DNA of 64,000 bases, from positions 1 through 64,000 of the forward strand of contig JAEOUA010000011.1 in NCBI GenBank assembly GCA_016839555.1. The letters run 5' to 3'. Under the pieces are notes generated by a model, which saw only the letters and a program-made list of their open reading frames with translations, had not been told where the DNA came from and ran no database searches. Origin of the DNA: Promethearchaeota archaeon. Lineage in GTDB: Archaea; Asgardarchaeota; Lokiarchaeia; Sigyniarchaeales; SOKP01. The position numbers were made by a program, and so were the translations under genes. This document shows positions 19,597-30,104 of this stretch, one piece after another (within the stretch, counting starts at the first letter, position 1; each line of letters opens with the position of its first letter).

Positions 19597-19633
19597 TAAC
19601 AAAAATTAATATCTTTTAAAAAATCTAAAAATT

Positions 19634-20461
19634 TTGCCATATTTTGAAAACAAAGAGGGTTATAACCTATATTATGAGGAGTATAATCCTCACGCGAAGC
19701 ATTGTACGGTTATACTTCTTCATGGATTTGCATCCTCAGCATTCTTTTTCAAAGAGCAGATTAAGGTTTTAAAAGATAATTATAGAATAATCTGCTTTGA
19801 TGCATTAGGTCATGGAAAAAGCGATCACCCAAAAGAACTGAATATCTCTAAAAATATTCGTCATGATATCATTAGAGATTTAGAAGATCTGTTGAAACAT
19901 TTAAAAGTTGAAGGTCATTATGGTATCATTGGTCATTCTCTCGTTGGTGGAATGATTGCCCAGCTTATTTGTAAAAAACATCCGGAAGATGTAAAATTTC
20001 TTATTTTATTAAACTCTGGATATATAAATACGGATAATGTTATTCGAAATATTTTTTACAATCTTCTCCCATATATGGTTCGGATGAGTTTTCTGGATGT
20101 CGTAAATAACTCTATAGTGAAGATTTTAGATAAAACTAAACCATATATTATCAAAGCATTATCCAATTCCATTTATCATGTGCCACTCTCTAAGGAAGAA
20201 TTAGAAATGAGAATAGAAGAACAAATCTTTGGTATGGTAAATGAAATTAAAAATTACAATCCCTCGGATCTGAAAATCCCTACATTAATAATTGCCGGTC
20301 GACTTGATAATTTTGCCCCAGAACAGATGTCCGAAGAATTACATAAAAAGATTCCAAACTCAAGGCTAGAAATTATAGATATGGCAGGCCACTTTGGTCC
20401 TGCCCAGAGAGATGATGTATACAATGAGGTTATTCTTGAGTTCATAAAAAGCCTTAAATAA
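19634..20461 (+). CDS. alpha/beta hydrolase
   Basis: LLHGF, DALGHGKS, GHSLVGG, GRLD, AGH. Confidence 0.9.
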   Translation: MPYFENKEGYNLYYEEYNPHAKHCTVILLHGFASSAFFFKEQIKVLKDNYRIICFDALGHGKSDHPKELNISKNIRHDIIRDLEDLLKHLKVEGHYGIIGHSLVGGMIAQLICKKHPEDVKFLILLNSGYINTDNVIRNIFYNLLPYMVRMSFLDVVNNSIVKILDKTKPYIIKALSNSIYHVPLSKEELEMRIEEQIFGMVNEIKNYNPSDLKIPTLIIAGRLDNFAPEQMSEELHKKIPNSRLEIIDMAGHFGPAQRDDVYNEVILEFIKSLK

Positions 20462-20515
20462 TATCTTTTCCTATTGAATTAGATATTAACGCGAATTAAC
20501 CTCATCTAAAGTATT

Positions 20516-20890
20516 ATGACTACTAATTTTGAAAAAAATGATTCAAATACAAATTTATCCTTCTTAAAAGAACAAGTCAAGCGTTTTGTAGAAGAAAGAG
20601 AATGGTCGATATATCATACTCCGAAAAATCTTATTCAAGCAATGAATATCGAGCTAGCAGAATTATCGGAGCTATTCTTATTTAAAGAGATAGATAAAAA
20701 ATCAATTAAGAAGGATAAAAAATTATTTCAAAACATTCAAGAGGAACTAGCTGATGTCTTTATTTATTTAATTAGTTTTGTCAATTCGTTAGATTTCGAT
20801 CTTACATCTGCATTTATACAAAAAATGAAAAAGAACACAAAAAAATATACCCTCAAAGAATTCTCTGAAGGTAATTATTATAAAAAATAA
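20516..20890 (+). CDS. MazG-like nucleotide pyrophosphohydrolase (dCTP pyrophosphatase type)
   Basis: ERxW..YHTPKNL, ELAEL, EELADV, KMKKN..KY. Confidence 0.88.
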   Translation: MTTNFEKNDSNTNLSFLKEQVKRFVEEREWSIYHTPKNLIQAMNIELAELSELFLFKEIDKKSIKKDKKLFQNIQEELADVFIYLISFVNSLDFDLTSAFIQKMKKNTKKYTLKEFSEGNYYKK

Positions 20891-21016
20891 TAATAAGCTC
20901 ATCTAAATACTCTAAGTTATGGGTATGGTATTAAATTATTAATATATATTTAAATAAAGAGATATTTATATAATATTGAAAAAGACAAAAGTAAATGAAA
21001 AGAGAATTGAATAAAA

Positions 21017-22759
21017 ATGATTATAAATATTAATTCGATAGAAAATAAGATAGTAATCTTTCATGATAAATATATCCATCTTCACGGATTTATTAAGCTT
21101 GAAGCACAGACCAATAATGCAGAATATGTGATTATTGTTCAAGTATTAGACGAAAAAACTATCACCGATTACATCCTCACTCGGCAAAAACTTAAAAATG
21201 TGGAATTAACGGAATATATTCAAGCAGAATTGGAAACAGAGCTTCAATATGTAGTCCAAGGAAGACCGATTGTATTTTATGAAAAGGATAAAAATAACGG
21301 AAAAGAAAAGTATCACATATTTAATGTATTTTTCCATATCGAAGATCTGATGGAAAAAGGAATCTTAAAACCCCATTCTATGTTTTTATCTGATAATCAA
21401 GATGATAAATACAAATATCTCAAAAGAGTGTTTGATCCTAATGGGATCTTTATGGGGACGCTAGCATCAGAAAAAAAAGTAGATATTTATTTTCCAATGG
21501 AGTATTTGATGTATCATTCATTTGTTGCAGGTGCAACGGGGAGTGGAAAATCAAATTACGGGCAAATATTTATAGACGGTGTGCTACAACATAACGCTCA
21601 AGTGATTTTAAATGATAAGGGCACAAAAGTTTCGATGCTGGCAATAGATATGCACGATGAATATGCCTTAGGATGCTTAAATTATGGCGTATATCATATT
21701 TATGAAGAAACTGAATATGATCAACATTTATTTGGAGATTGGTTCTATCTGTATCCTAATGGAAGTACTCCCCCTGCCGAGCTGAATGCGATAGCACAAC
21801 CGTGTCGAATTAGCTTTCAGGAGATCCGCCCTGAAAACTTATTTTCCATTGGTTCTTTTAATGATCTTCAAGTGGGAGCCCTTTTCTCAGCCTCTAGACA
21901 TAGAGGTGAAGATTATATAACTGCACTGCTTGAAGAAACAGATTATATACCTCCTGGAAATCATTCAGAAATGACGATTGCAGCCGTGAGAAGGCGCATA
22001 TTTTGGTTAGATTCTTCGGATATGTTTCAAGATTGGGTAAATAGTAATCTTTCCGATATCATTGAAAAATTGGAGAAGGGCGCAGTAATTATCTTTAATG
22101 TATCTATGATCACTGATTTAGAGCAATTTTTATTTAACAGTATCGTCGCAAAAACTCTATTTGATATTCGTAAAAGCTTGAAATCCTCATCAACATTAAG
22201 CGAGTTCAGAAAAAAACTTGGAGATGCCTTACCGAATAAATTTTTGGAGAAATATGATAAACATTTAGAAGAGATTTATATAAAATCTGGCGATCAACTG
22301 AAGGATACAAAGGAAATGCCTGTGATCATCTTTACGATTGAAGAAGCTCCCAGCTTGCTTAGACCAGAGATGATGAGATACAATAACGTATTTAAGGATA
22401 TTTCTCGTCAAGGAAGAAAGTTCAATCTAGCGTTGAAAGTGATTTCTCAGCAATACTCTCCTATCGATAATGCAATACTTGACAATATGAATACAATTAT
22501 CAACTTACCCTTAAGATCCGATAATGAAAAAATGGTTGCGGCGCGAACTTTGGGAGGAGGTATAACTCATAATGACATAGAATCATTAACGGGTACAAGG
22601 GGAATTGCGCTTGTTTCAGCCATTTGGTTAACTAATTTCCAAAAGCTTCTCATCCCATTATACGATGATTATTTCTTAGAGCATTCTAAATCATTTTATG
22701 AAAACTATAAAAATCAAATTAAGAAAAAGGAACCCTTCATTCCAAAAACATCCATATAG
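21017..22759 (+). CDS. herA: HerA-like (DUF87) ATPase/helicase
   Basis: H..VAGATGSGKSN, IDMHDEY, IEEAP, RQGRKF, ISQ. Confidence 0.82.
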   Translation: MIININSIENKIVIFHDKYIHLHGFIKLEAQTNNAEYVIIVQVLDEKTITDYILTRQKLKNVELTEYIQAELETELQYVVQGRPIVFYEKDKNNGKEKYHIFNVFFHIEDLMEKGILKPHSMFLSDNQDDKYKYLKRVFDPNGIFMGTLASEKKVDIYFPMEYLMYHSFVAGATGSGKSNYGQIFIDGVLQHNAQVILNDKGTKVSMLAIDMHDEYALGCLNYGVYHIYEETEYDQHLFGDWFYLYPNGSTPPAELNAIAQPCRISFQEIRPENLFSIGSFNDLQVGALFSASRHRGEDYITALLEETDYIPPGNHSEMTIAAVRRRIFWLDSSDMFQDWVNSNLSDIIEKLEKGAVIIFNVSMITDLEQFLFNSIVAKTLFDIRKSLKSSSTLSEFRKKLGDALPNKFLEKYDKHLEEIYIKSGDQLKDTKEMPVIIFTIEEAPSLLRPEMMRYNNVFKDISRQGRKFNLALKVISQQYSPIDNAILDNMNTIINLPLRSDNEKMVAARTLGGGITHNDIESLTGTRGIALVSAIWLTNFQKLLIPLYDDYFLEHSKSFYENYKNQIKKKEPFIPKTSI

Positions 22760-22761
22760 AG

Positions 22762-23970
22762 GTGAATATAATTTCATTTGATTTTGATTTAATTACCATA
22801 GAAAAATCGTTTGAAAAGAGACCTGAAAGGGCGGTCGATTCTGAGATTCAGAAATTTAAAGAATTTATAAAGGATAAAAAAGTGCGTTGGACTGAGGAAG
22901 AGAAAATAGAATTAGAAATGGATAATTTTGATGCAAATGAAGTATTACGCAATATTAGTGTACACTTTAGCGAAATGACACATCAATTAATAGACGGAGA
23001 GCTAAAAGATTATATGGATGAGGGCTACACTATTATAGGGTTTGATGAAAGTTCTACGACGTTTTCCGGCACGTATGCAAGGTTAGCAGGGTTTAAATTT
23101 GGAGAGGCTCAATTACAACTTAAAGATGGAAGGTATGATGAAAAAATCTATATGTATAAGCCAATTCATGCGTATATAGAGGATAATGAGCATAAATTAA
23201 TCATATATAGAGATGTAATAGAAGATTTTGTCAATATTATTAAGGCAAAATTTTACAATTCAGGGATGCAAAATGAAATTGATAGGCTTGAAATGTGGTA
23301 TAAGAGCACCTATAAAACTAAAATAGAAAGTCATATTAATTCGCATGCCTTTTATTATCCTTCAATTGGGCACGTGGTTGACAGAATTAGAACTGCAGAT
23401 GAAATCTTAAAATCATTAATTAGGATCGCAGAATTAAGTGAATGGGGTAAAAGAAAAGATATTATTTTTTTGGGGGACGGTATTCAAATGTTTCGTCAAC
23501 ATATTTTCCCTCCACAAGCATTTGTAGATTTTTTTTATGCTTTTTTGAAAACTTATGATATTAAATATTATAGCTTTTCTAAGACCTGCAGATTAAGAGA
23601 CGCGCAAGGAAATTTTATTCTGCCTATCTGGGCTGAAATATTAAAAAATGAATGTTTTATGGTAGAAGTGCCCAGTCTATCAAAATATACGAAAAGTAAT
23701 ACCTATTTGGTGAGGATGGATGAAAATAGCGAAGCACTGAGATTTGATGTGCCTGAATTCTATAGTTTTACTCAAGCAAAGAAAGCATTAAGAAATCTCA
23801 TTCCATATTCTCCAAGAGGTTATCCCAAATGTTTAAATAAAGCTCATAAGGGTAGCACTTTATTAGTATCAGAATATAACAAATTGGAAACAAAATTTTT
23901 AGAATTGAAATTCAATACGCATACCAAAGATTATACCCAATCATGGAGAGAAAAAGTTTTAGGTGACTAA
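22762..23970 (+). CDS. divergent NurA-like nuclease
   Basis: IIGFDES, FLGDG, FSK, LRFD, GYPKCLNKAH; directly after herA. Confidence 0.65.
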   Translation: MNIISFDFDLITIEKSFEKRPERAVDSEIQKFKEFIKDKKVRWTEEEKIELEMDNFDANEVLRNISVHFSEMTHQLIDGELKDYMDEGYTIIGFDESSTTFSGTYARLAGFKFGEAQLQLKDGRYDEKIYMYKPIHAYIEDNEHKLIIYRDVIEDFVNIIKAKFYNSGMQNEIDRLEMWYKSTYKTKIESHINSHAFYYPSIGHVVDRIRTADEILKSLIRIAELSEWGKRKDIIFLGDGIQMFRQHIFPPQAFVDFFYAFLKTYDIKYYSFSKTCRLRDAQGNFILPIWAEILKNECFMVEVPSLSKYTKSNTYLVRMDENSEALRFDVPEFYSFTQAKKALRNLIPYSPRGYPKCLNKAHKGSTLLVSEYNKLETKFLELKFNTHTKDYTQSWREKVLGD

Positions 23971-25282
23971 CAAAATGGTAAAAATCGTACATCTAGCGGA
24001 TACACATCTTGGTTATAGAGCTCGAAAGGGAGCGCAGGATAAATGGGCAATACAAAACTATTCACGTCCCTATGAACAAGAAATTTATGATACTTTTTTA
24101 GCTGTGATTGAAAAGGTTTCAAATCTTAATGATTTGGATTTCTTAGTTCATTGCGGTGATATCTTTCATCTACCTTATAAAGATAACCCCTATCCTCCTC
24201 CTGAACCTGCGAGAAAAATTTTAAAAAAAGCTCTTGAGGTTTTTTTTAAGAATACACATAATAAGATCCCATTTATTTATATAGAAGGAAATCACGGTAT
24301 ATATAAAAATTATAATTATACTCCCTTTGAAACACATTACACTTCCGAGGAGTATCCTCATTTATATTATTTTAAAGAAGAAGATCTGAGAAACGCAATT
24401 AGAACTAATACTTCTTTAAAATTACAATTTGATGACTTAAATACGGATTTCTATTTATTTCCCTATTTCGAATTTGCAGATTTTCCACAATATAAATCGG
24501 CATATAACCAATGGATCATGAAGCAAAAGCCTTCTGATACGGATCGGATTAATATTGCTATTGCACATGGCTCTACCATTGACGATACTTTACATCCTAA
24601 AATAGCTAAGAATGAATTTAACTATGATTATGTAGCTTTGGGACATGAACATGCATTAAATAAGGTGTCAGCTACTAATTATTATGCGGGAAGTTGTTTA
24701 CCACTAAATTTCAAAGAAATTCACGAGAATCAAGGTTATATAATTGCAGAAATTAACGAAAATTCTAAGAAATTAGAAGTTGAGAGGATATTTACGAGCG
24801 ATAATATTAAACGCCCTTTTAAAATGATTGAGATTGAAACCACTCCCGAAGATTCTACCGATGAATTACAACAAAAAATTCATACTATTATAGTTTCTGA
24901 ACTGAAAGATTCTAAATTTGATCCCTCAACTGCCGCACGTTTAAAACTCAGTTTTATTGGCGAGATTACTTTTGAAAAAAATTGGAAAATAACCAATCTT
25001 ATGAATCATATAAGAAGGGAATTATTTTCACAACCAGAAAAGTATAATCTTTATCAATTGATTTGGCAAGTAAAAGATATTTCAAAATTTACTGAGGATG
25101 ATATCAGTCCTGGCACAATTGCCGAATTTATTTTAGAAAGCCCTGAAGAAGAATATAAAATTTTTATTTCGGAAAAATTATCAGAAAGTAAGACTCATTA
25201 TGATTTAGATAAATTAACCACATTTGGAATGAATTCTATTAAAAAGGCTTTAAAATTAATGGAAAAAGAACAAGAGGAGTGA
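23963..25282 (+). CDS. mre11: Mre11/SbcD-family nuclease
   Basis: HLADTHLG, GDIFH, GNH, IAH, ALGHEH, YAGS. Confidence 0.88.
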   Translation: MTNKMVKIVHLADTHLGYRARKGAQDKWAIQNYSRPYEQEIYDTFLAVIEKVSNLNDLDFLVHCGDIFHLPYKDNPYPPPEPARKILKKALEVFFKNTHNKIPFIYIEGNHGIYKNYNYTPFETHYTSEEYPHLYYFKEEDLRNAIRTNTSLKLQFDDLNTDFYLFPYFEFADFPQYKSAYNQWIMKQKPSDTDRINIAIAHGSTIDDTLHPKIAKNEFNYDYVALGHEHALNKVSATNYYAGSCLPLNFKEIHENQGYIIAEINENSKKLEVERIFTSDNIKRPFKMIEIETTPEDSTDELQQKIHTIIVSELKDSKFDPSTAARLKLSFIGEITFEKNWKITNLMNHIRRELFSQPEKYNLYQLIWQVKDISKFTEDDISPGTIAEFILESPEEEYKIFISEKLSESKTHYDLDKLTTFGMNSIKKALKLMEKEQEE

Positions 25283-25285
25283 ACA

Positions 25286-27376
25286 ATGAAGATTACAAGA
25301 CTCATATTTAAAAATTTCATGGGATATAAAAATCTTAATTTACCTCCTAATGAAGATCAGGAATTACCGGATGGATTAATTGTGATTTCAGGTAAAAATT
25401 CACACGGAAAAACTACCATTTTAGAGGGGATTTTAATTGCGTTTTTTGGCCCAGGAATCATTACTGGGAGAAGTGCCCCAGATTTTATTACATATGGGGT
25501 CCAAGAAAAAACAGAACTTTATGTGTTCTTTACGCTTGATAATGATAATTATTACTTACACCGAAAATGGGGTCGTAAAGGAGGTTCAAGCAAAAGATTA
25601 TTTAAGCAGAATAAAAAAATACATAATTATAACGAAATAAAAAGCTTAGATCTCGAGGATTTGCTAGAAATTACACAAAAACAAGCGCTTAGCACCGTAT
25701 TTGTTAGACAGGGAGAAGTAGAGACATTAGCAAATATTAGCGGTGCAAATTTAAGAGATATAATTATTGATTTATTTAAATTAAATATCATTGATGATGC
25801 GTTAAAAAACTTGCAGAAGCAAAAAAAAGAGTTCGAACTTCAGGTAAAAGAATTAAGAGAAAGTTTTGTCCCAATCGATCGCTTAGAACAAGATATTAAA
25901 AATATCAATAAAGATATTCAAGGAGAAGTAGAATTGTGTGATCGATATGAAAAAGAAGTAAATAATCTAAAAGCTAAGATGAAGAAACTCCCTAAAAAAG
26001 AAAATTTACAAAAGGTGAAGGAAATATATGAACAATTAAATATTTATGATGAAAATTTTGAGTCATATAAAAAAGATTTCGCAGAGAAATTAGCTAAGAG
26101 CAGCTTAAAAAAAGAGGATTTTGCGTCTAAAGATCACATTAAGAAAAAAGTGAAAGAAATTCACAACTTCATTTCACAAAAAAATGAAGATAAAGCTGAA
26201 ATAGCTAAAGAAAAAGAGAATTTAAACCAAAAAATAGGAACTGCTAGAAATATTATAAAAGATTTTAATAAAAAAATCGCTAAGATTGAACAAAACTTAA
26301 AATTCTCTGATGGAAAAGCAAAATGTCCTACTTGCCAATCTGAATTGACTAAAGATCATTATAATAAATTGGTCAGCCAATTTCAAACAGAAATAGAAAA
26401 GAATAAGGAGATAAACTCTCAATTAAGTACTGAACTAAAAGAAAAAAATAAAACTATGAACAGCCTCGAAGTAGAGATTGAAGTATTAACTACTACGAAA
26501 ACTCAGATAGAAAATGTGATAGAATTATATAATAAAGTAATAAAAGCTAAAAGAGAAAAAGATCAAATAATAAAAGATCTAAACTCATTTCTAGAAGATA
26601 AATCTCTCTTAAAAAGTGTTTCTGAGAAAGAAATATTGAAAATCCTTGAGAAGATAGCAAAATTAGACATAAAAATTGAAGAAGCTAATAAAAATATGAA
26701 GAAATCTAAAGAAACTATCGAAAGATATGAAGGAAAAATAAGGGATTTAGAAAAAGAAATTAAGGAGATGAAAAAAATCAGGAAACGAATTGGTAAAATA
26801 GATGTGGATATAGAACATATTGATAAAACCAAAGAATTAGTCAGACGTTTTGTAACAGAATATATGGTAGTGAAACGATTGATAAAAAATATTAAAATTA
26901 AAGCTGATAAATATATTAAGAACTTTACAGCGGGACAATATAGTGATTTATCGATGGATGTGTTTGGGAAGTATGAAACAGGTCTTTCAGTATCTATTAA
27001 GGATAATTATAGTGGTGTTCGAGAGTCAACCAATTTTATTTCGGGAGGTGATAAAACTGCACTGGGATTTGCCTTACGCTTGGCAATTAGTGAATTAATG
27101 CCTGTCATTAGACCAACTAAAGATTCTCCCCGTAAAAATCCGAAGATTAATTTTCTATTATTAGATGAGCCACTTGCGGCATTAGACTCCGATAGAAGGG
27201 AGCGGATTCTAAGTTATCTTAAATTCTCGAAATCTTTTACTCAGATCTTTCTCATAACCCATACAACTATACCTGAAGATATTAAAACCAATAAAATTAT
27301 AGTATCAAAGAATTTTTCCACTGGGTTAAGTGAAGCTAAATTCCAACAAGAATCTATAGATGTTAACTTGGGATAA
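25286..27376 (+). CDS. rad50: Rad50/SbcC-family SMC-like ATPase
   Basis: GKNSHGKT, RQGE, coiled coil with CPTC hook, ISGGD, LLLDEP, ITH. Confidence 0.88.
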   Translation: MKITRLIFKNFMGYKNLNLPPNEDQELPDGLIVISGKNSHGKTTILEGILIAFFGPGIITGRSAPDFITYGVQEKTELYVFFTLDNDNYYLHRKWGRKGGSSKRLFKQNKKIHNYNEIKSLDLEDLLEITQKQALSTVFVRQGEVETLANISGANLRDIIIDLFKLNIIDDALKNLQKQKKEFELQVKELRESFVPIDRLEQDIKNINKDIQGEVELCDRYEKEVNNLKAKMKKLPKKENLQKVKEIYEQLNIYDENFESYKKDFAEKLAKSSLKKEDFASKDHIKKKVKEIHNFISQKNEDKAEIAKEKENLNQKIGTARNIIKDFNKKIAKIEQNLKFSDGKAKCPTCQSELTKDHYNKLVSQFQTEIEKNKEINSQLSTELKEKNKTMNSLEVEIEVLTTTKTQIENVIELYNKVIKAKREKDQIIKDLNSFLEDKSLLKSVSEKEILKILEKIAKLDIKIEEANKNMKKSKETIERYEGKIRDLEKEIKEMKKIRKRIGKIDVDIEHIDKTKELVRRFVTEYMVVKRLIKNIKIKADKYIKNFTAGQYSDLSMDVFGKYETGLSVSIKDNYSGVRESTNFISGGDKTALGFALRLAISELMPVIRPTKDSPRKNPKINFLLLDEPLAALDSDRRERILSYLKFSKSFTQIFLITHTTIPEDIKTNKIIVSKNFSTGLSEAKFQQESIDVNLG

Positions 27377-27464
27377 TAATATAAGAATATAAAATTTAGA
27401 ATAATCATATTAAAATATACTAAAAATGTATAAAAAGGGTAATGTTTTTTAAGAGATAATTTAT

Positions 27465-27684
27465 CTAATATTCCAGAACTTTTATATGCGCCCCAAATAA
27501 AAGAATTCCTGATATATTCTTAGTTTGAATTATTTGTAAAAAATCTGCTTTTATTTGTTTTAAGAGTTCTTCCTCAACTATTGATTAACTAACTCTTTAA
27601 ATTCTTTAAATTTATTTTTCTTGCGCGCTTATGAGGTTTGTTAAGTGTTCTTTTTGATACCTTAATTATTGTATATTTACCCAT
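27465..27684 (-). pseudogene. possible decayed toxin-antitoxin fragments (antitoxin-like N-terminus + minimal nucleotidyltransferase N-terminus)
   Basis: MGKYTIIKVSKRTLNK...* then EEELLKQIKADFLQIIQTKNISGILLFGAH..*. Confidence 0.35.
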
Positions 27685-27806
27685 ATTTTATGAGAGATAC
27701 AGATTGTATAAAACTAAAAATAAAAAATATACTCAATTATTAATAATTATATAGAAGTTAAAATTAGTAAGATTTTTTATCTAAATTAAAATCGGAGGAA
27801 GAATTT

Positions 27807-28319
27807 ATGGTTAAGGATTTACCAAAAAAAATGGAAGATGCTGTGAGGCTACAAATGCTTTATAATATTTCTAATGGATGGTCTTGGTATGCATATAAAA
27901 AATTGGGACCAAAAGGTATTATTGAAATTGAGTTGAAAATGTGGGATGATTTAATGCCACCTGCAGTTGATTTATTATATCAATTGATAGAACCTGAGGG
28001 AAATCGTATTCAACAAGCAAAGCATGTTCTAACTCAAGTCAGTAAAATAAATGGGTATAAAATAAAGAATCTAGAAGAGACTCCTAAATCATTAAAATGG
28101 GAATATAAGACATGCCCAAATTGGAATTCTATGATTCAAATGGGTTTAGATGATTATATATGTAAAGAGGGAAAACCAGCTAAAGTTTCATGTATCCATG
28201 GTTGTACAAAAATTCATGAACATTATTTTAAAAAGATTGATCCTAATATACAAGTGCAATCCATAAAGAATAGACCCAATGCGGATGATACATGCATTTT
28301 TCGAATCTCATTTGAGTAA
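27807..28319 (+). CDS. hypothetical protein, V4R / thiazoline-hydrolase-like Cys pattern
   Basis: GGAGG upstream; KTCP, SCIHGC, C-terminal DTCIFRI. Confidence 0.6.
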   Translation: MVKDLPKKMEDAVRLQMLYNISNGWSWYAYKKLGPKGIIEIELKMWDDLMPPAVDLLYQLIEPEGNRIQQAKHVLTQVSKINGYKIKNLEETPKSLKWEYKTCPNWNSMIQMGLDDYICKEGKPAKVSCIHGCTKIHEHYFKKIDPNIQVQSIKNRPNADDTCIFRISFE

Positions 28320-28694
28320 TTCAATTATCATTAATATAGAAAAAAATAATAAATAAGATCAAGATATCACACAAAGATTAAATTAATAAAGAATTAGGCT
28401 TTTCAAGATGGAATATTCTCTCTCTTTTTTTTAGAAACTTAATAATTTCTAGATTGCGCCCTTTCATTTTAAAGGGATTTTTCCAAATAGAGAGCTCTTG
28501 CAATGAATCTAATGAAAGCAGAATCTCAAGAAGTTTTATAAAATTGGTATTATTAATATATAAACTTTATATTGAAAAATATATTTATGAGAATCAATTT
28601 TATCTCCCTAAACCAAGAAAAGAAATGATCCTTTAATTCGAATTAATCAAATAAAATAAATATAATACAATAAATTTCTATAAATAACATAAAA

Positions 28695-29066
28695 ATGTCG
28701 GAACAAAATCGAGATCCTGTCCATCAAAATATTCTTTCTTTGCATGGTGATTTATTGAATGAATTACGGCTGATATTCACTTCTAAAGATAGAGAGTATC
28801 TTGATAAATATGAGAGTCTTACTGAAGAGAAAAGAAAGGAATGTGATGAATTTGTAGAATTCTTTTCTCATTGTCCGAGATGCAAAAAGCAGAATCCTAA
28901 ATACAATTTAATAGGTTTATTTTTGGATGAAACTCCCAAAAAACAAAAAATTAAGAAAAAATTAGTTAAATTAATGAAAGATCTAAAAAATAACAATATT
29001 TCCGTCTCAGTAGGAGTTCTTTGTTGTGAGTGTTATAAGGAAATATTCGAAAAAGATATTCCGTGA
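28695..29066 (+). CDS. Zn-binding protein (CPRC...CCEC)
   Basis: Paired Cys motifs. Confidence 0.65.
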   Translation: MSEQNRDPVHQNILSLHGDLLNELRLIFTSKDREYLDKYESLTEEKRKECDEFVEFFSHCPRCKKQNPKYNLIGLFLDETPKKQKIKKKLVKLMKDLKNNNISVSVGVLCCECYKEIFEKDIP

Positions 29067-29374
29067 GTTTTAAAAAATTAAATAAACATTTTTAGCAATC
29101 TTAAAAAGGACTCTAATTATGAGAATAAATCTAAATATAGATTATATTAAAAAATTTGGCTTTATTCTTTAATTGTGAGGATTAATATGAATATAGAGAT
29201 TCCCTATTTTTCAATTTAAAATTTATTTAGAAAAAGGATGAATTTAAATATTTGTTGAGAGGAGAAGGAATTAGGAAATGAACACAGATGAATATAATAT
29301 TGACGTATGTTTTCTTTTTATAAAAAGATTCATTTAGAGAAAAAAATATATAACAATTTAATTTTTTATTAAAT

Positions 29375-29608
29375 ATGGAATTTAACTTTGATAAAGTTGC
29401 TAATGCTCTTTATTTTCGATTATCTCAATCTCAAAAAGAAGTTCATTCTTCAGAGGAGATCTCTGAAGATATAATTGTTGATTATGATAAAAAAGGAAAA
29501 ATTGTTGGGATTGAAATTTTAAATTTTACTAAGAAAGAACTTAATCTTAATAAACTGATTCTAATGAATGAAGATGAAATCGTATCTAATTTAGTAAAAT
29601 GTCAATAA
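29375..29608 (+). CDS. DUF2283 family protein (putative antitoxin)
   Basis: FDKVANALYFRL, IIVDYDKKGKIVGIEILN. Confidence 0.85.
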   Translation: MEFNFDKVANALYFRLSQSQKEVHSSEEISEDIIVDYDKKGKIVGIEILNFTKKELNLNKLILMNEDEIVSNLVKCQ

Positions 29609-29832
29609 AATTCACTAAACATGCTTTAGAAAGATTAAAAAATAGAAGTATTTCTAAAGATGAAATACTCGAAATTGTAAATGAATGTGAAGATTTACGA
29701 AAGGATAATTATGGAAATTTCATAGCATAGAAAAAAAAAGGAAAATTCCTATATCGTGTATTTTATTTTTTAAAAGGGAATGATAAAATTATAATTACTG
29801 CTTATAAAACCTCAAAAACAGATAAATATTAA
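29599..29832 (+). pseudogene. DUF4258-type toxin gene with one in-frame TAG
   Basis: MSIKFTKHALERLKNRSISKDEI...FIA*KKKGKFLYRVFY...IIITAY; TAG at 29728-29730; overlaps the DUF2283 stop. Confidence 0.8.
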
Positions 29833-30104
29833 ATATTTTCATGGATCCCTATAAATTCAAGAAAAATTTTTTAGAGATCTTAAAAAAGTCTTATATTTTT
29901 AGATTAAATGCATGTAAAGAGAAAATTAGAAATTTGTTTTATTTTAGGCTTTAGGACTTTTTCTCTTAAAATTTATGACAAAGGCAAATTATTTAATCTA
30001 CGCTAGATCTATTAAATCACTAATAGTAAGATTTAATCAATTTAAAATATAGTTAAAATTATTGCAAATATGCCAGAAGATCATTGTAGAAGATTATAAG
30101 AATC

